Shown piece by piece: positions 46,225 through 54,501 of a DNA stretch of 57,341 nucleotides. Numbering within the stretch: the stretch's first letter is position 1; each line of letters opens with the position of its first letter. Both the position numbers and the translations under genes were made by a program. The notes under the pieces were generated by a model. It ran no database searches, was not told the DNA's origin, and worked only from the letters and a program-made list of their open reading frames with translations. The DNA is from a virus (lineage: Duplodnaviria > Caudoviricetes). The stretch is taken from positions 1-57,341 of IMG/VR virus record IMGVR_UViG_3300022745_000040; one strand, given 5' to 3'.

Positions 46225-46245
46225 TATTTCCCCTACGGTAATTAG

Positions 46246-46485
46246 TTATTCAAACTCGTCATTAACAACAGTTTTATATCTTTGGGCCAGTAGGTCTATC
46301 AACCGTCTGCCGTTTTTAGACTCTGCCAATGTCTGTAGCTCTTCGTCTGGATAGCCATGCTTATAGTGAGGTCTAAAAACGTGGTTCCATACGTCGTCCA
46401 GCTTTTGCGCGGCTTTTGCTCCATTCATAGCTAGCTCATATTCTTCAGTTTCTTCTGGTAAGGTAAATTCTAAAATAGCTTTCAC
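46246..46485 (-). CDS. Hypothetical phage protein
   Basis: KAILEF.LPEE N-terminus typical of small phage proteins; GTGA overlap. Confidence 0.65.
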   Translation of the reverse strand: MKAILEFTLPEETEEYELAMNGAKAAQKLDDVWNHVFRPHYKHGYPDEELQTLAESKNGRRLIDLLAQRYKTVVNDEFE

Positions 46486-46730
46486 TTTGACTCCTTTAAT
46501 TTAATATGTCGCATAGTCGCTTTTTGAGCTTCGGAAGGCCACACGTTTAAACAGTCTGGACATTTCCATTCCCATACTCCGTCATAGAGTTTTGGGTACT
46601 CTATACCTATTTCGCGTTTAAAATGTGTTGCTCCGTCTCGATAGTAGTGTAAGTGTTCTGCGGGAATAGACTCGCCTAGTAACGAAACGTTGCAGTGGGG
46701 GCAGTTTAGTAGTGAGTGTGGATTATTCAT
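46482..46730 (-). CDS. Zinc-finger protein
   Basis: CPHC...YDGVWEWKCPDC. Confidence 0.65.
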   Translation of the reverse strand: MNNPHSLLNCPHCNVSLLGESIPAEHLHYYRDGATHFKREIGIEYPKLYDGVWEWKCPDCLNVWPSEAQKATMRHIKLKESK

Positions 46731-46732
46731 CT

Positions 46733-46969
46733 TCAGGCTCCCACTTTCTTTCTGAGGTCTGCGAGTGCTTGTTCTGCTGGTTTTCCGACTGCATATATTT
46801 GCCCGTTTATTTCAAATGCTGCACTTTTATATTTTTCCAAAGCCTCAACCAAAGGCAGCATCAGCTCGATTGCTTGGTTGAATCCCTGCTCGAAACTAAT
46901 TTCATCCGAGTTATTAGTGGCTAGTTTTTCGCCATACGTTTGCAGGGATTTTTGTAGTTGTGTGGTCAT
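46733..46969 (-). CDS. Hypothetical protein
   Basis: 78 aa with ATGA overlap. Confidence 0.6.
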   Translation of the reverse strand: MTTQLQKSLQTYGEKLATNNSDEISFEQGFNQAIELMLPLVEALEKYKSAAFEINGQIYAVGKPAEQALADLRKKVGA

Positions 46970-47154
46970 AGTTCAATCCATTTCGAAAGATACATCTCAA
47001 TTTGAGCTTCATTATCAAAAGAAATGTAGGCCGTTTCTGCACCTTTTTTGCCCCACTCTAAAAGTAAGTCGTGTGGATGACATGAGCATAAATTCTGAAC
47101 TACATAGTACATCATATCTCTTTTTTCAGAATAAAAGATTCTTTCCTTAATCAT
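46966..47154 (-). CDS. Hypothetical protein
   Basis: Start placed at MIKERIF. Confidence 0.5.
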   Translation of the reverse strand: MIKERIFYSEKRDMMYYVVQNLCSCHPHDLLLEWGKKGAETAYISFDNEAQIEMYLSKWIEL

Positions 47155-47158
47155 CCCC

Positions 47159-47377
47159 TCATTCTCCCTCAATTCCATATTCTTCCATAAGTTCATTGAC
47201 AGCATCCTGTAATTCACCCTTTGCTTTACAATAAGCATCTATTAAAGGACGCAATATGGTCCCATCTGTCTCTTTTTTCCATTCGGAATACTCTGTGAAG
47301 CAATAGTCAAAGCCTTCGGCGTCTATTTTGTAGCAAATTAGTTCCACATCTTTTTTAGATACTTTTTTCATCTTCAT
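47159..47377 (-). CDS. Hypothetical protein
   Basis: 72 aa with AAGGAG RBS. Confidence 0.6.
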   Translation of the reverse strand: MKMKKVSKKDVELICYKIDAEGFDYCFTEYSEWKKETDGTILRPLIDAYCKAKGELQDAVNELMEEYGIEGE

Positions 47378-47474
47378 TCTCCTTGTTTAGTTTCGTTCAT
47401 AATTTTGTCTGCTGATTCGAGTGCGGCTCTGGCCCATTCTTTGTTGGATTGAATTCAACGTAATAGAGTTTCAT
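47374..47474 (-). pseudogene. Probable deletion scar / gene remnant
   Basis: A gene start (MKLYYVEF) is joined out of frame to a gene end (ARAALESADKIMNETKQGE*) that resembles the end of 47699..48010. Confidence 0.5.
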
Positions 47475-47698
47475 AGCTTTTTCTCGCCAACTGCCAGTTC
47501 TAGGTCGTTGCCAAGAGCGGCTCTAATGTCTGGGCTGTCTATGTCTTTGTTATAATATGTTAGGTCAGAATCTTTGCCAAGTTTTGTTCTAGTGACCTTG
47601 CGATATTGATGGGTAAGCTCCCAGAAAGCTTTGTTGCCTTCATTTACCTTGTCAATCAATGATTGGACATGCTTTAATTCTTCTGAAAATGTCTTCAT
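47471..47698 (-). CDS. Hypothetical protein
   Basis: 75 aa with GGGAG RBS. Confidence 0.6.
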   Translation of the reverse strand: MKTFSEELKHVQSLIDKVNEGNKAFWELTHQYRKVTRTKLGKDSDLTYYNKDIDSPDIRAALGNDLELAVGEKKL

Positions 47699-48010
47699 TT
47701 AATCTCCCTTCATAATTTTGTCTGCTGATTCGAGTGCTTTTCGCCCCATGAAATCATTGTTAATCATGCAAGACTCAAGTATTTCCCTTGGTTCTTCTCT
47801 GACATCAAACCCGCAATCATCAATGCAGCAATTTTCCTCTACCACTTTTTGCAGCACTTCATTCGCAGCGCGGAGTTTCTGGTTTTCAGACTCAAGCTGC
47901 TCGATTCTCCCATTAGCCAGCTCCATATTTACGCTAAACGTGATGCTCGCGGCGTTGCCGGACTCAATCATCTCTGTCATCTTAGCAAAAATCTCTACTG
48001 AATTACTCAC
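47699..48010 (-). CDS. Hypothetical coiled-coil protein
   Basis: GTG start inside GGAGGCTGCGGAGTGA. Confidence 0.6.
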   Translation of the reverse strand: MSNSVEIFAKMTEMIESGNAASITFSVNMELANGRIEQLESENQKLRAANEVLQKVVEENCCIDDCGFDVREEPREILESCMINNDFMGRKALESADKIMKGD

Positions 48011-48288
48011 TCCGCAGCCTCCACTAATTGCATTTTGTCATCAAATCTTTCAGGGTATTTGAGTTTTGCATAGTTCAAGCAAACTTCTCTTGGGACCTCT
48101 TTAATGTAACCATCCAGTCCTATTGGAGATGCCTCAATACGCATGGTATATTTTCCTGCTCTACATTGTTCATGCTCAAGACCCTCAATTACTGCTTCCG
48201 CAAGACAGGAATGGATATTTAAATTGTAGTGATGTCCCTCTCTATTTTCTTCTCTCTCCATTGAAAGGATATAAAGTAGTTTGTTCAC
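48007..48288 (-). CDS. Hypothetical protein
   Basis: GTG start inside the second GGAGGCTGCGGAGTGA copy; ends EAAE. Confidence 0.6.
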   Translation of the reverse strand: MNKLLYILSMEREENREGHHYNLNIHSCLAEAVIEGLEHEQCRAGKYTMRIEASPIGLDGYIKEVPREVCLNYAKLKYPERFDDKMQLVEAAE

Positions 48289-48662
48289 TCCGCAGCCTCC
48301 CATGTTGCCTTCAGTTTGATTCCGCAGTGTTTGCATTGTGTTGACCAGTTCCCAGTGTCAGGTCCAATGAAAACGTGAGTCGGCTCGTGCTTACACTCTT
48401 CCTTCACCATCTCCTCGATGTTGAACAGCACTGCTTTGTGGTCAGCTCCTTCATATTTAAACTCAGTTACATCAGAAAGAGTTGCCCCATCCATGTAGCC
48501 ATAAACCACTGGGCATTTAGCTAGATGCTCGTCTAATATCTGGTTGGCTCTGTCTGCGGCTTCTGAACACAAAACAGCTGCTTCTGGCGTATAGTTATAA
48601 TAGATAAGCTGCGTAGAGCCTGTGTTTCGAAAATCTTCTGGCTTAAATCTGAATTTACTCAT
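48285..48662 (-). CDS. Hypothetical protein with C-terminal zinc ribbon
   Basis: AGGAG RBS; CKHEP...CKHCG; ends EAAE. Confidence 0.65.
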   Translation of the reverse strand: MSKFRFKPEDFRNTGSTQLIYYNYTPEAAVLCSEAADRANQILDEHLAKCPVVYGYMDGATLSDVTEFKYEGADHKAVLFNIEEMVKEECKHEPTHVFIGPDTGNWSTQCKHCGIKLKATWEAAE

Positions 48663-48685
48663 AACATCTCCTTGTTTAAAAAAAA

Positions 48686-48865
48686 TGTGGTAGGCCAGTC
48701 GCTACTCTGGCTGACAGGACATCGAAGGAATGACCTTCAGTTCTTTCTTAGAGTCACCTGTCGGAACCTGAACCTGCGTGTCTCCAGTGGCTAGGGTCTA
48801 AGGCCGTTTAGATTCCCAGTTTCACAGTGGCTTACCTGCCCACAGCTTTCCACGCCGCTACCACA
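48686..48865 (-). ncRNA. tRNA-like structured RNA (180 nt)
   Basis: Terminal stem TGTGGTAG/CTACCACA, D-like stem GCGTG/CACGC, T-like arm GCCAG-N8-CTGGC beside the 3' strand, further internal helices; fills an ORF-free gap. Confidence 0.7.
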
Positions 48866-48871
48866 AAAATA

Positions 48872-49117
48872 TTAATTCTTACTCCAGTGTAACGCAGACT
48901 TGCAGTCTGGGCAAGTCGTTTCGCTTCTAACTTTTGTCTTTGGCTTCTTGGCACAACGCGTTTTTAGCAGCTTGCCTTTTCGCACGATTTCGTAACCGCA
49001 GCATTTGTCGGACATGCAGTAGCCTGTAAATTCTGGTCTTGTAGCTGCAGCCAGGCTGCCATAATCTTCCGAGTAAGTGTTAGTGTAACCTGCTGCTATT
49101 AGTTTTCCTAAGTTCAT
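48872..49117 (-). CDS. Cys-rich zinc-binding protein
   Basis: C....CC...CPDC, AGGAGG RBS. Confidence 0.6.
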   Translation of the reverse strand: MNLGKLIAAGYTNTYSEDYGSLAAATRPEFTGYCMSDKCCGYEIVRKGKLLKTRCAKKPKTKVRSETTCPDCKSALHWSKN

Positions 49118-49142
49118 AATTCCTCCTGCTTATGATTGTAAG

Positions 49143-49583
49143 TTACTCGTGGCCGTATGGCAACTTTTTTCCGTGTTGCGCTTCAATTTGAGACTTCCAC
49201 TCTTGCAGCAGCTCTGCTTCATTAGCTTTAAATTCTGCAGAACTTAGAACAATTGGGTACATGATGCCGCTGTTGGTATGAGGCAGGCTAAAAACGCAGT
49301 GTCCGATTTCGTGCAGCAGCAGTGCTTTTTTGGCTGCATCATCTGACTTTGACCAGTACGTTCGGTCAAACTTAATCAAATTGCGGCTGCGGAAGCATAG
49401 GCCGGCTTTGCGGTCTGACAGGTCTGCAAATTCTACGATAGTAGTTGGTAAAACGCCTGTTTCTTGCCTGATATAGTTGTAGTAGTTTTTAATTTCTGTA
49501 GTATTTTCTACCTTGCGGCAACAGCTGCTGCAGCTGAGGATTAGTAATGCTGCCAAAAGTGTTAAATTTACATATTTAGTCAT
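49143..49583 (-). CDS. Lipoprotein zinc metalloprotease (metzincin-like)
   Basis: Lipobox-like LILSC; HEIGHCVFSLPH...IMYP Met-turn. Confidence 0.78.
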   Translation of the reverse strand: MTKYVNLTLLAALLILSCSSCCRKVENTTEIKNYYNYIRQETGVLPTTIVEFADLSDRKAGLCFRSRNLIKFDRTYWSKSDDAAKKALLLHEIGHCVFSLPHTNSGIMYPIVLSSAEFKANEAELLQEWKSQIEAQHGKKLPYGHE

Positions 49584-49600
49584 AGTATCTCCTTTGTTAA

Positions 49601-49780
49601 TTAAGTCCAGTGGTGACCGTTAATCTCGTCTTGACATTCTGCTTCCATTTCGTCAAGTTCTTTTTCTGTCAAATCTTCCATTTCGCCGTCTAGGTAATGC
49701 GCTGATATTGGGTAGCGGCTGCCGTCGCGGTTAGATTCCATTTCTACGTAAATTTTTCGACCTCTGTAAGTGAATTTCAT
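49601..49780 (-). CDS. Small acidic protein (59 aa), absent from the ORF track
   Basis: MKFTYRGRKIYVEMESNRDGSRYPISAHYLDGEMEDLTEKELDEMEAECQDEINGHHWT, AGGAGGT RBS. Confidence 0.75.
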   Translation of the reverse strand: MKFTYRGRKIYVEMESNRDGSRYPISAHYLDGEMEDLTEKELDEMEAECQDEINGHHWT

Positions 49781-49803
49781 TTTTACCTCCTAGCTTACAC
49801 TAC

Positions 49804-49819
49804 TGCAATGCTGGTGCCA
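49804..49819 (-). promoter_or_regulatory. sigma54-type promoter
   Basis: TGGCAC-CAGCA-TTGCA just upstream of the RBS; TGT-N10-ACA at 49856..49871. Confidence 0.78.
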
Positions 49820-49888
49820 CGGTTATGAACGTTGTGTTGGACTTGGGGCACTGAGTGTCTATTTTATTACATACAGTGGCTGAAAGTT

Positions 49889-51343
49889 CTACAAGTCGCC
49901 GGCCAAATCGTCTTCGGTCAAAACTTCATACTTGGGCTGGTCTTCCAGTTTTTCAATGACTAAGCAGTATAATCGCTTGTTATTCACGTTTTTGACTTCT
50001 CTAAGTCCTTCAACTGTAAAGTCTGTTGTAAATTCTGAAAAAACGTCGGCTCTGCGAATGTCAAAAATTCTCGGAAATTTTTTGCTGACATTTTTTAAAG
50101 TGTTTATGGAAATAGATGCTTTTTGCCTTGGCAGCTTATGCCCTATGTATTCTGTAGCAGACCTGCAAGTAATGGTTTTGCCAGCAAAGTCTTTGCAGAA
50201 ATCGTCAATAACAAACTTTTCCCAGTCAAAGGCTGATGAGTTTAAAATATTTATAGCATTAGAAGACTTATATCCTTCGACAAGATTTACAGGATTAGGA
50301 GCGCGGTTCATTAATGCGCTTCCTAGTGCTGCAATGTTTTTGTTATCTTCTGACATTGACACGATTTCTTTGTTGCTGAAAACGTGTTGCAGTTTAATTT
50401 TGTTGATATTGATAATTCCGTGGCGTCTGTCGTCTGGGTCTAGTCTTAAAGAGTCGTAGTTGTTGCTGGCAATGTAAATATTGTTGTGGTTTTCTACAAC
50501 CTCGCTGTCCACGCCTTTCAACTCAATTTCGATAATATCATCTTCTTGCTTTTTTAGCGTGTTTATTTCGTCGTTGGTTGCTTTAATAACTTCGTCAAGA
50601 AATATGAAGGTTTTGTCTGCAAATTGCTTGTTAAACTGTTTTCTAATGGATTGAAAAAGCAAATTGCTGCTGTTTTCTTGGCCGTGTAGTGCAGCGATTA
50701 TTTTGCCTAAAACGCCTTTGCCTATGCCTTGTGCGCCGATTGCGGTTATAAACGTTTTGTTCTTTGGTCCTGGCTGAACGCTGTAGGCCATCCAGTCTAG
50801 AATATAGTTGATAGAGCCTTCGTCGTTGGCAGTTAAGTGTCGCAGAAATCGCATGTACAGCTCTGGCACTTCTGTTACGGTATAGGTTCCAGTCTTCCAG
50901 AATGGCGGTTTATACTTGTTTAGTTTGGTCTCTCCATTTTCAGTAATTAGGCCAGTAGGCTTTTTTGGAGTATAGCATATTGGTATGGCCATGCTGCTGC
51001 GAAGATAGTCTTGTCTGTTGAGAAAGTCTTGCGTTAAAACGTCTTTTTTTACTAACTTAATGGTAGAAGTAGCTTCGTCTAACAAAAACCAGTCTTTGCG
51101 GTTTGGCGGCATGATTAGTCTGCAACGCAGTACTTCTTGTATGCGAGCATAAGGTGCGAACTCGTCGCAGATTTTTTTAACAGAGCCGGGAACGTCTGTA
51201 GTCGCTGAAACGCTAATCATGTATAATGCTGCGCTTGTAAGCATTGAAATAATGCTGTCGATGTCGTAGGCTTGCATTGCTAACAGCTCTACTTCTCTTC
51301 TTAATGCCATTGGGCTTGAAATCATTTTGGGGGCTCTAGTCAT
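49889..51343 (-). CDS. SF3-type helicase (DUF5906 / primase-associated)
   Basis: YILDWMA..Q.., GAQGIGKG Walker A, FLDE, ASN, DDRR. Confidence 0.82.
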   Translation of the reverse strand: MTRAPKMISSPMALRREVELLAMQAYDIDSIISMLTSAALYMISVSATTDVPGSVKKICDEFAPYARIQEVLRCRLIMPPNRKDWFLLDEATSTIKLVKKDVLTQDFLNRQDYLRSSMAIPICYTPKKPTGLITENGETKLNKYKPPFWKTGTYTVTEVPELYMRFLRHLTANDEGSINYILDWMAYSVQPGPKNKTFITAIGAQGIGKGVLGKIIAALHGQENSSNLLFQSIRKQFNKQFADKTFIFLDEVIKATNDEINTLKKQEDDIIEIELKGVDSEVVENHNNIYIASNNYDSLRLDPDDRRHGIININKIKLQHVFSNKEIVSMSEDNKNIAALGSALMNRAPNPVNLVEGYKSSNAINILNSSAFDWEKFVIDDFCKDFAGKTITCRSATEYIGHKLPRQKASISINTLKNVSKKFPRIFDIRRADVFSEFTTDFTVEGLREVKNVNNKRLYCLVIEKLEDQPKYEVLTEDDLAGDL

Positions 51344-51360
51344 GGTTTCTCCTTACTGCT

Positions 51361-51389
51361 ACTTTAGCGGGTGATAGCGGCGCTGTCAA
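51361..51389 (-). promoter_or_regulatory. sigma70 promoter
   Basis: TTGACA-N17-TAAAGT between the primase and helicase genes. Confidence 0.7.
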
Positions 51390-51391
51390 CG

Positions 51392-52357
51392 TTAAATTAG
51401 GTTTTTCCATTTATATGCGTTGAATGCACCTATTGATACATTTCGTGCATACCCGGTCCTTATAATCGCTGGGTAAACCTTCTTTTGCAAATAAAGTTCT
51501 AAAGTGTTGTAGGGAACGCCGGTGCTGTCGCATGCCCATAACGCGAGCTTAAACAGCTCATGATACATGCCTTCAGAGCTGGCCCAGGCTTCCGGCTCTT
51601 CTAGCTTTTTCCTTAGCCATTGTAGCGAAGTTTTAACGCGCAACTCACGTTCGAAAGCTGCAACGCTCATCGTCGGGTCTGCGGTAGTTACCGGGCCGTG
51701 TTTGGCCATAGATACTTCTGCGGCCAGTGCAATTATTTGGTCTGCAGTAGCTAATGGCCCTTCATAAACTATTTCTTGTTTAGTCGGTGGTCTGTCATCG
51801 CTGAATGTTCTAACGCCGTTGGGTAGTCGGGCCAGGCGAACAACGTCTTTTGTTGACTGGTCAAAGACTACGTCTGGCGGCGCTTCTAAGGCTTGTTGTA
51901 TTGTAGTAGTGGCCAGCTGTTCAAGACCTTTCCAATACTGCTTGTATAAGGCGGCTGCTTCGGGGCTGCCGGGCTTTCCACACCATAACTCGTCACTTAC
52001 GCTTATCAGAAAATGGAAGGATTTGGACCCGCTATAAACAATGCTTCTGATTGGCATAACTTCTGCTAATACCGGGATGATAGAGCGCTGCTGTTGCAAC
52101 GTCATAGAATCGCTTTCGAGCAGGAAGTTTCGGTAGGCTGCGACATTCTGGCTGTGTCTGCGGCTGCCTTCTGGATTCGGATTAGCATTTGTAACGCTGA
52201 GAGGATTGACGCAGAACTGAGTGTGACTTAAAAGCAACAGCGGGTCTGCATCTATTGCTGCGGCTGTCAAAACGCGTGGATTGCTGTAACCGCCTTCGGC
52301 TTTTAACGCGCCACAAATGTATACAAGGTCGGAAGGCTTGAAAAGCTTCGTAATCAT
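51392..52357 (-). CDS. Primase of the AEP/RepB-like superfamily
   Basis: FLLESD, YSGSKSFH, D...KD..RLARLP motifs. Confidence 0.75.
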   Translation of the reverse strand: MITKLFKPSDLVYICGALKAEGGYSNPRVLTAAAIDADPLLLLSHTQFCVNPLSVTNANPNPEGSRRHSQNVAAYRNFLLESDSMTLQQQRSIIPVLAEVMPIRSIVYSGSKSFHFLISVSDELWCGKPGSPEAAALYKQYWKGLEQLATTTIQQALEAPPDVVFDQSTKDVVRLARLPNGVRTFSDDRPPTKQEIVYEGPLATADQIIALAAEVSMAKHGPVTTADPTMSVAAFERELRVKTSLQWLRKKLEEPEAWASSEGMYHELFKLALWACDSTGVPYNTLELYLQKKVYPAIIRTGYARNVSIGAFNAYKWKNLI

Positions 52358-52635
52358 TTCATCGCCTCCAACTGTTGTTGCAGTTTTTTAAGCTCTTGCT
52401 CTGCGCTTGCCAGTTGCTTATTTATTAAGCTTGCCTCAGTTTTTAAAACTTCTTGCCGCTTTTCAATGTTCTTTAATTGGGCGCGGTACTGGCTCATAAG
52501 ATTTCGGCGCCTGCTTATATTGGTCTTGATTTCGGCCTCACACCCGTTGCAGTAGCGTGGAAAGCCTTCGGCCCGCTGAACCATGTCTATCGTTGGCTTT
52601 TCTTTTTTACATTTTCGGCAAATTCGCGTAATCAT
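52354..52635 (-). CDS. Zinc-finger plus coiled-coil protein
   Basis: CRKC...CNGC; start at MITRIC after AAGGAG. Confidence 0.65.
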   Translation of the reverse strand: MITRICRKCKKEKPTIDMVQRAEGFPRYCNGCEAEIKTNISRRRNLMSQYRAQLKNIEKRQEVLKTEASLINKQLASAEQELKKLQQQLEAMK

Positions 52636-52654
52636 AATTGCTCCTTTAAAGTTA

Positions 52655-52683
52655 AATATACTACATAATTTCAATAAACACAA
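52655..52683 (-). promoter_or_regulatory. Possible sigma70 promoter
   Basis: TTGTGT-N17-TATATT upstream of the RBS. Confidence 0.45.
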
Positions 52684-52695
52684 GAAAAAACTTTT

Positions 52696-52950
52696 GTGGT
52701 CACGGTGGTCACGGTGTGGTCACGGTGCAGACTGCTTTCTAACTACTTAACTTTACTCATTCTTACCTCTATATGGTCATGTGGTCATGCTTTTTTAAGA
52801 AAATTATTTATAAACACTAATATATTACTACTATAGGAGATTTCTGATTTTTGTATTTGACCAGAGACCATTTTTTGTTCTTTTTAAGTTTCTTAAGTGT
52901 TTTTATGTAGTTAACCACACTTTGCGGTCCATTATCGTGGTTTTGGTCAT
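52696..52950. repeat. Iteron-like TGGTCA repeats around an AT-rich core (candidate replication origin)
   Basis: GTGGTCACGG three times (52696, 52705, 52716), TGGTCATG twice near 52774..52789, inverted TGACCA/AGACCA near 52858..52870, TGGTCATG near 52944. Confidence 0.7.
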
Positions 52951-52959
52951 GAAACCAGC

Positions 52960-53265
52960 TCATTTTTCCACCAGCTTCAATATATGCGATTTGAAGACGG
53001 TGGGCGTGTTGCGGCTGCGGACAAGTTCTACAGCTACGGCACCCGGTACTTCGACGGCTGTGACATAGTCCTTGAATAAGCGTTTATAGGCCCGCAGCGC
53101 GTCGATTGTCATTAGGCAGCCATCTGGGTAGGCATCGCAGTAAACGAAGAATAGCGAGGCTTTTGGTGCGTTTTGGCTATCGTTGTCGTCGTTGCCGCTG
53201 TTGGCCTCGTTATATAGCCTGGCATTAAGGTTTAAGTTTATAACGTTGCTGGTAGGCTTATTCAT
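52960..53265 (-). CDS. Hypothetical protein
   Basis: 101 aa. Confidence 0.6.
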   Translation of the reverse strand: MNKPTSNVINLNLNARLYNEANSGNDDNDSQNAPKASLFFVYCDAYPDGCLMTIDALRAYKRLFKDYVTAVEVPGAVAVELVRSRNTPTVFKSHILKLVEK

Positions 53266-53470
53266 GGCTTTTGCCTTTCTGTAGGCTTTGGAAGCCTTGC
53301 TTTGTTAAGAAGTCGTTAAGAGCTGATAGAAGACTGCGGGTGGCTGACGGCGTGCCGTGGTCTACGTAATGTCTGATGGCAGCTTCCCGCAGCTGCTCAA
53401 TATCTGCTGCCGTGATGGTAATGTTTAAAAGTTGCACACTTCTATTTTCGGACGATTTTGCACGGTCCAT
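53258..53470 (-). CDS. Possible ribbon-helix-helix DNA-binding protein
   Basis: LNITIT strand followed by two helices; AAGGAG RBS. Confidence 0.45.
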   Translation of the reverse strand: MDRAKSSENRSVQLLNITITAADIEQLREAAIRHYVDHGTPSATRSLLSALNDFLTKQGFQSLQKGKSHE

Positions 53471-53472
53471 TT

Positions 53473-53748
53473 TTAAAACTCCTTTTTTAGCAATGCTAAA
53501 TTTTTATAGCTGCTATTAGTGTTGTTAATGTTTAAAAAATCTGGTATTGTAAACTTTTTTTCCAAAATTGCTTTTTTTAGCGATTCAAAATTTGAAAAAC
53601 CAAAATCTCTTTTTAAGCCTAAAAAAATAGGGCAAAACTTTTTAAAAACGACGGTCGATGTTGTCAGACGTGGTAAGACCGCGCTTTTTGAAAATAACGC
53701 AATGGCTGGGCGATTAGGCGTGATTAAAGGCATTGTCAGCAAGGTCAT
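53473..53748 (-). CDS. Hypothetical protein
   Basis: ATGA overlap with the upstream gene; low-complexity Lys/Phe-rich sequence. Confidence 0.4.
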   Translation of the reverse strand: MTLLTMPLITPNRPAIALFSKSAVLPRLTTSTVVFKKFCPIFLGLKRDFGFSNFESLKKAILEKKFTIPDFLNINNTNSSYKNLALLKKEF

Positions 53749-54209
53749 AAATCACCCGCAATTGACCTGAGCTTCGCGTTTACTTTTTGCACGTACTTAA
53801 GGCAGGCTCGACTTTTTGCACCGTTTAGCCTCGTCCCGATGTTATAGCGACAAAACCAGGATTGTGGCTCCTTTGCCTGGTATTTGGATTGAAAGTCTGA
53901 CAATATTTTTGCCGAGGCCGCAAGATTGTAGTTAACGTCCGTTTTTAAGCGCTGCAAGTCTAAGCCATAGCGCCTGGCAGTGTTAATGTTTATTTGACCT
54001 ATACCGTAGTCTTTAGTTTTGTGATTGACAGCGGCCTGGTCGTGCCCGGACTCTACGGCAAGGATAGCATTGAATAACTCGGGGTCCAAGTTATAGTAGA
54101 CTGCAACCGCGCTTATTTTGGTCGGTAAGTCTGCAGCGTCGGCAGTTTGACTGAAAACGTACGCCAATGCGAGAAGACTAATAAAAAACGCAATTTTACG
54201 CCGCATCAT
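53745..54209 (-). CDS. Exported SLT-domain lytic transglycosylase
   Basis: Signal peptide, AILAVES catalytic Glu, DYGIGQIN, N....A.IL, RYN. Confidence 0.85.
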   Translation of the reverse strand: MMRRKIAFFISLLALAYVFSQTADAADLPTKISAVAVYYNLDPELFNAILAVESGHDQAAVNHKTKDYGIGQININTARRYGLDLQRLKTDVNYNLAASAKILSDFQSKYQAKEPQSWFCRYNIGTRLNGAKSRACLKYVQKVNAKLRSIAGDL

Positions 54210-54405
54210 TGGATTCCCCTTTTTTAAGAGGTTTTAACTCTGTTTCTAGAAATTGAATAAGGCAGTCCTTAAGCACGGCACGTTGAGTCGATAGCCTGAC
54301 AAGCTCAGCGCCCACAGACTCGCCGGCCTTAGAACGCCGCAATAAGTCGAGCGTTTTTAGCTCATTTTCCTTAAGCAATTTCTGGTAACCGCTTTTTGTT
54401 AACAT
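54196..54405 (-). CDS. Hypothetical protein
   Basis: ATG at 54405 after GAAAGGG. Confidence 0.55.
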   Translation of the reverse strand: MLTKSGYQKLLKENELKTLDLLRRSKAGESVGAELVRLSTQRAVLKDCLIQFLETELKPLKKGESNDAA

Positions 54406-54501
54406 AAACACGCCCTTTCATTAAGAAGTCTTAACAATTTTTTTAAAATGCAAAAAGTCCTTAACAGGACTAAAAACTTTTTGCGTTTTTTTAACACTGT
54501 A

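Noticed and set aside
48686-48865. Canonical tRNA gene or tmRNA
   Set aside because: At 180 nt it lacks the TTCRA T-loop, a 7-nt anticodon loop and a tag reading frame, so it is kept only as tRNA-like
52696-52790. GTGGTCACGG repeats as a mini CRISPR array
   Set aside because: The units are 9-11 bp and abut each other without unique spacers, and there are no cas genes
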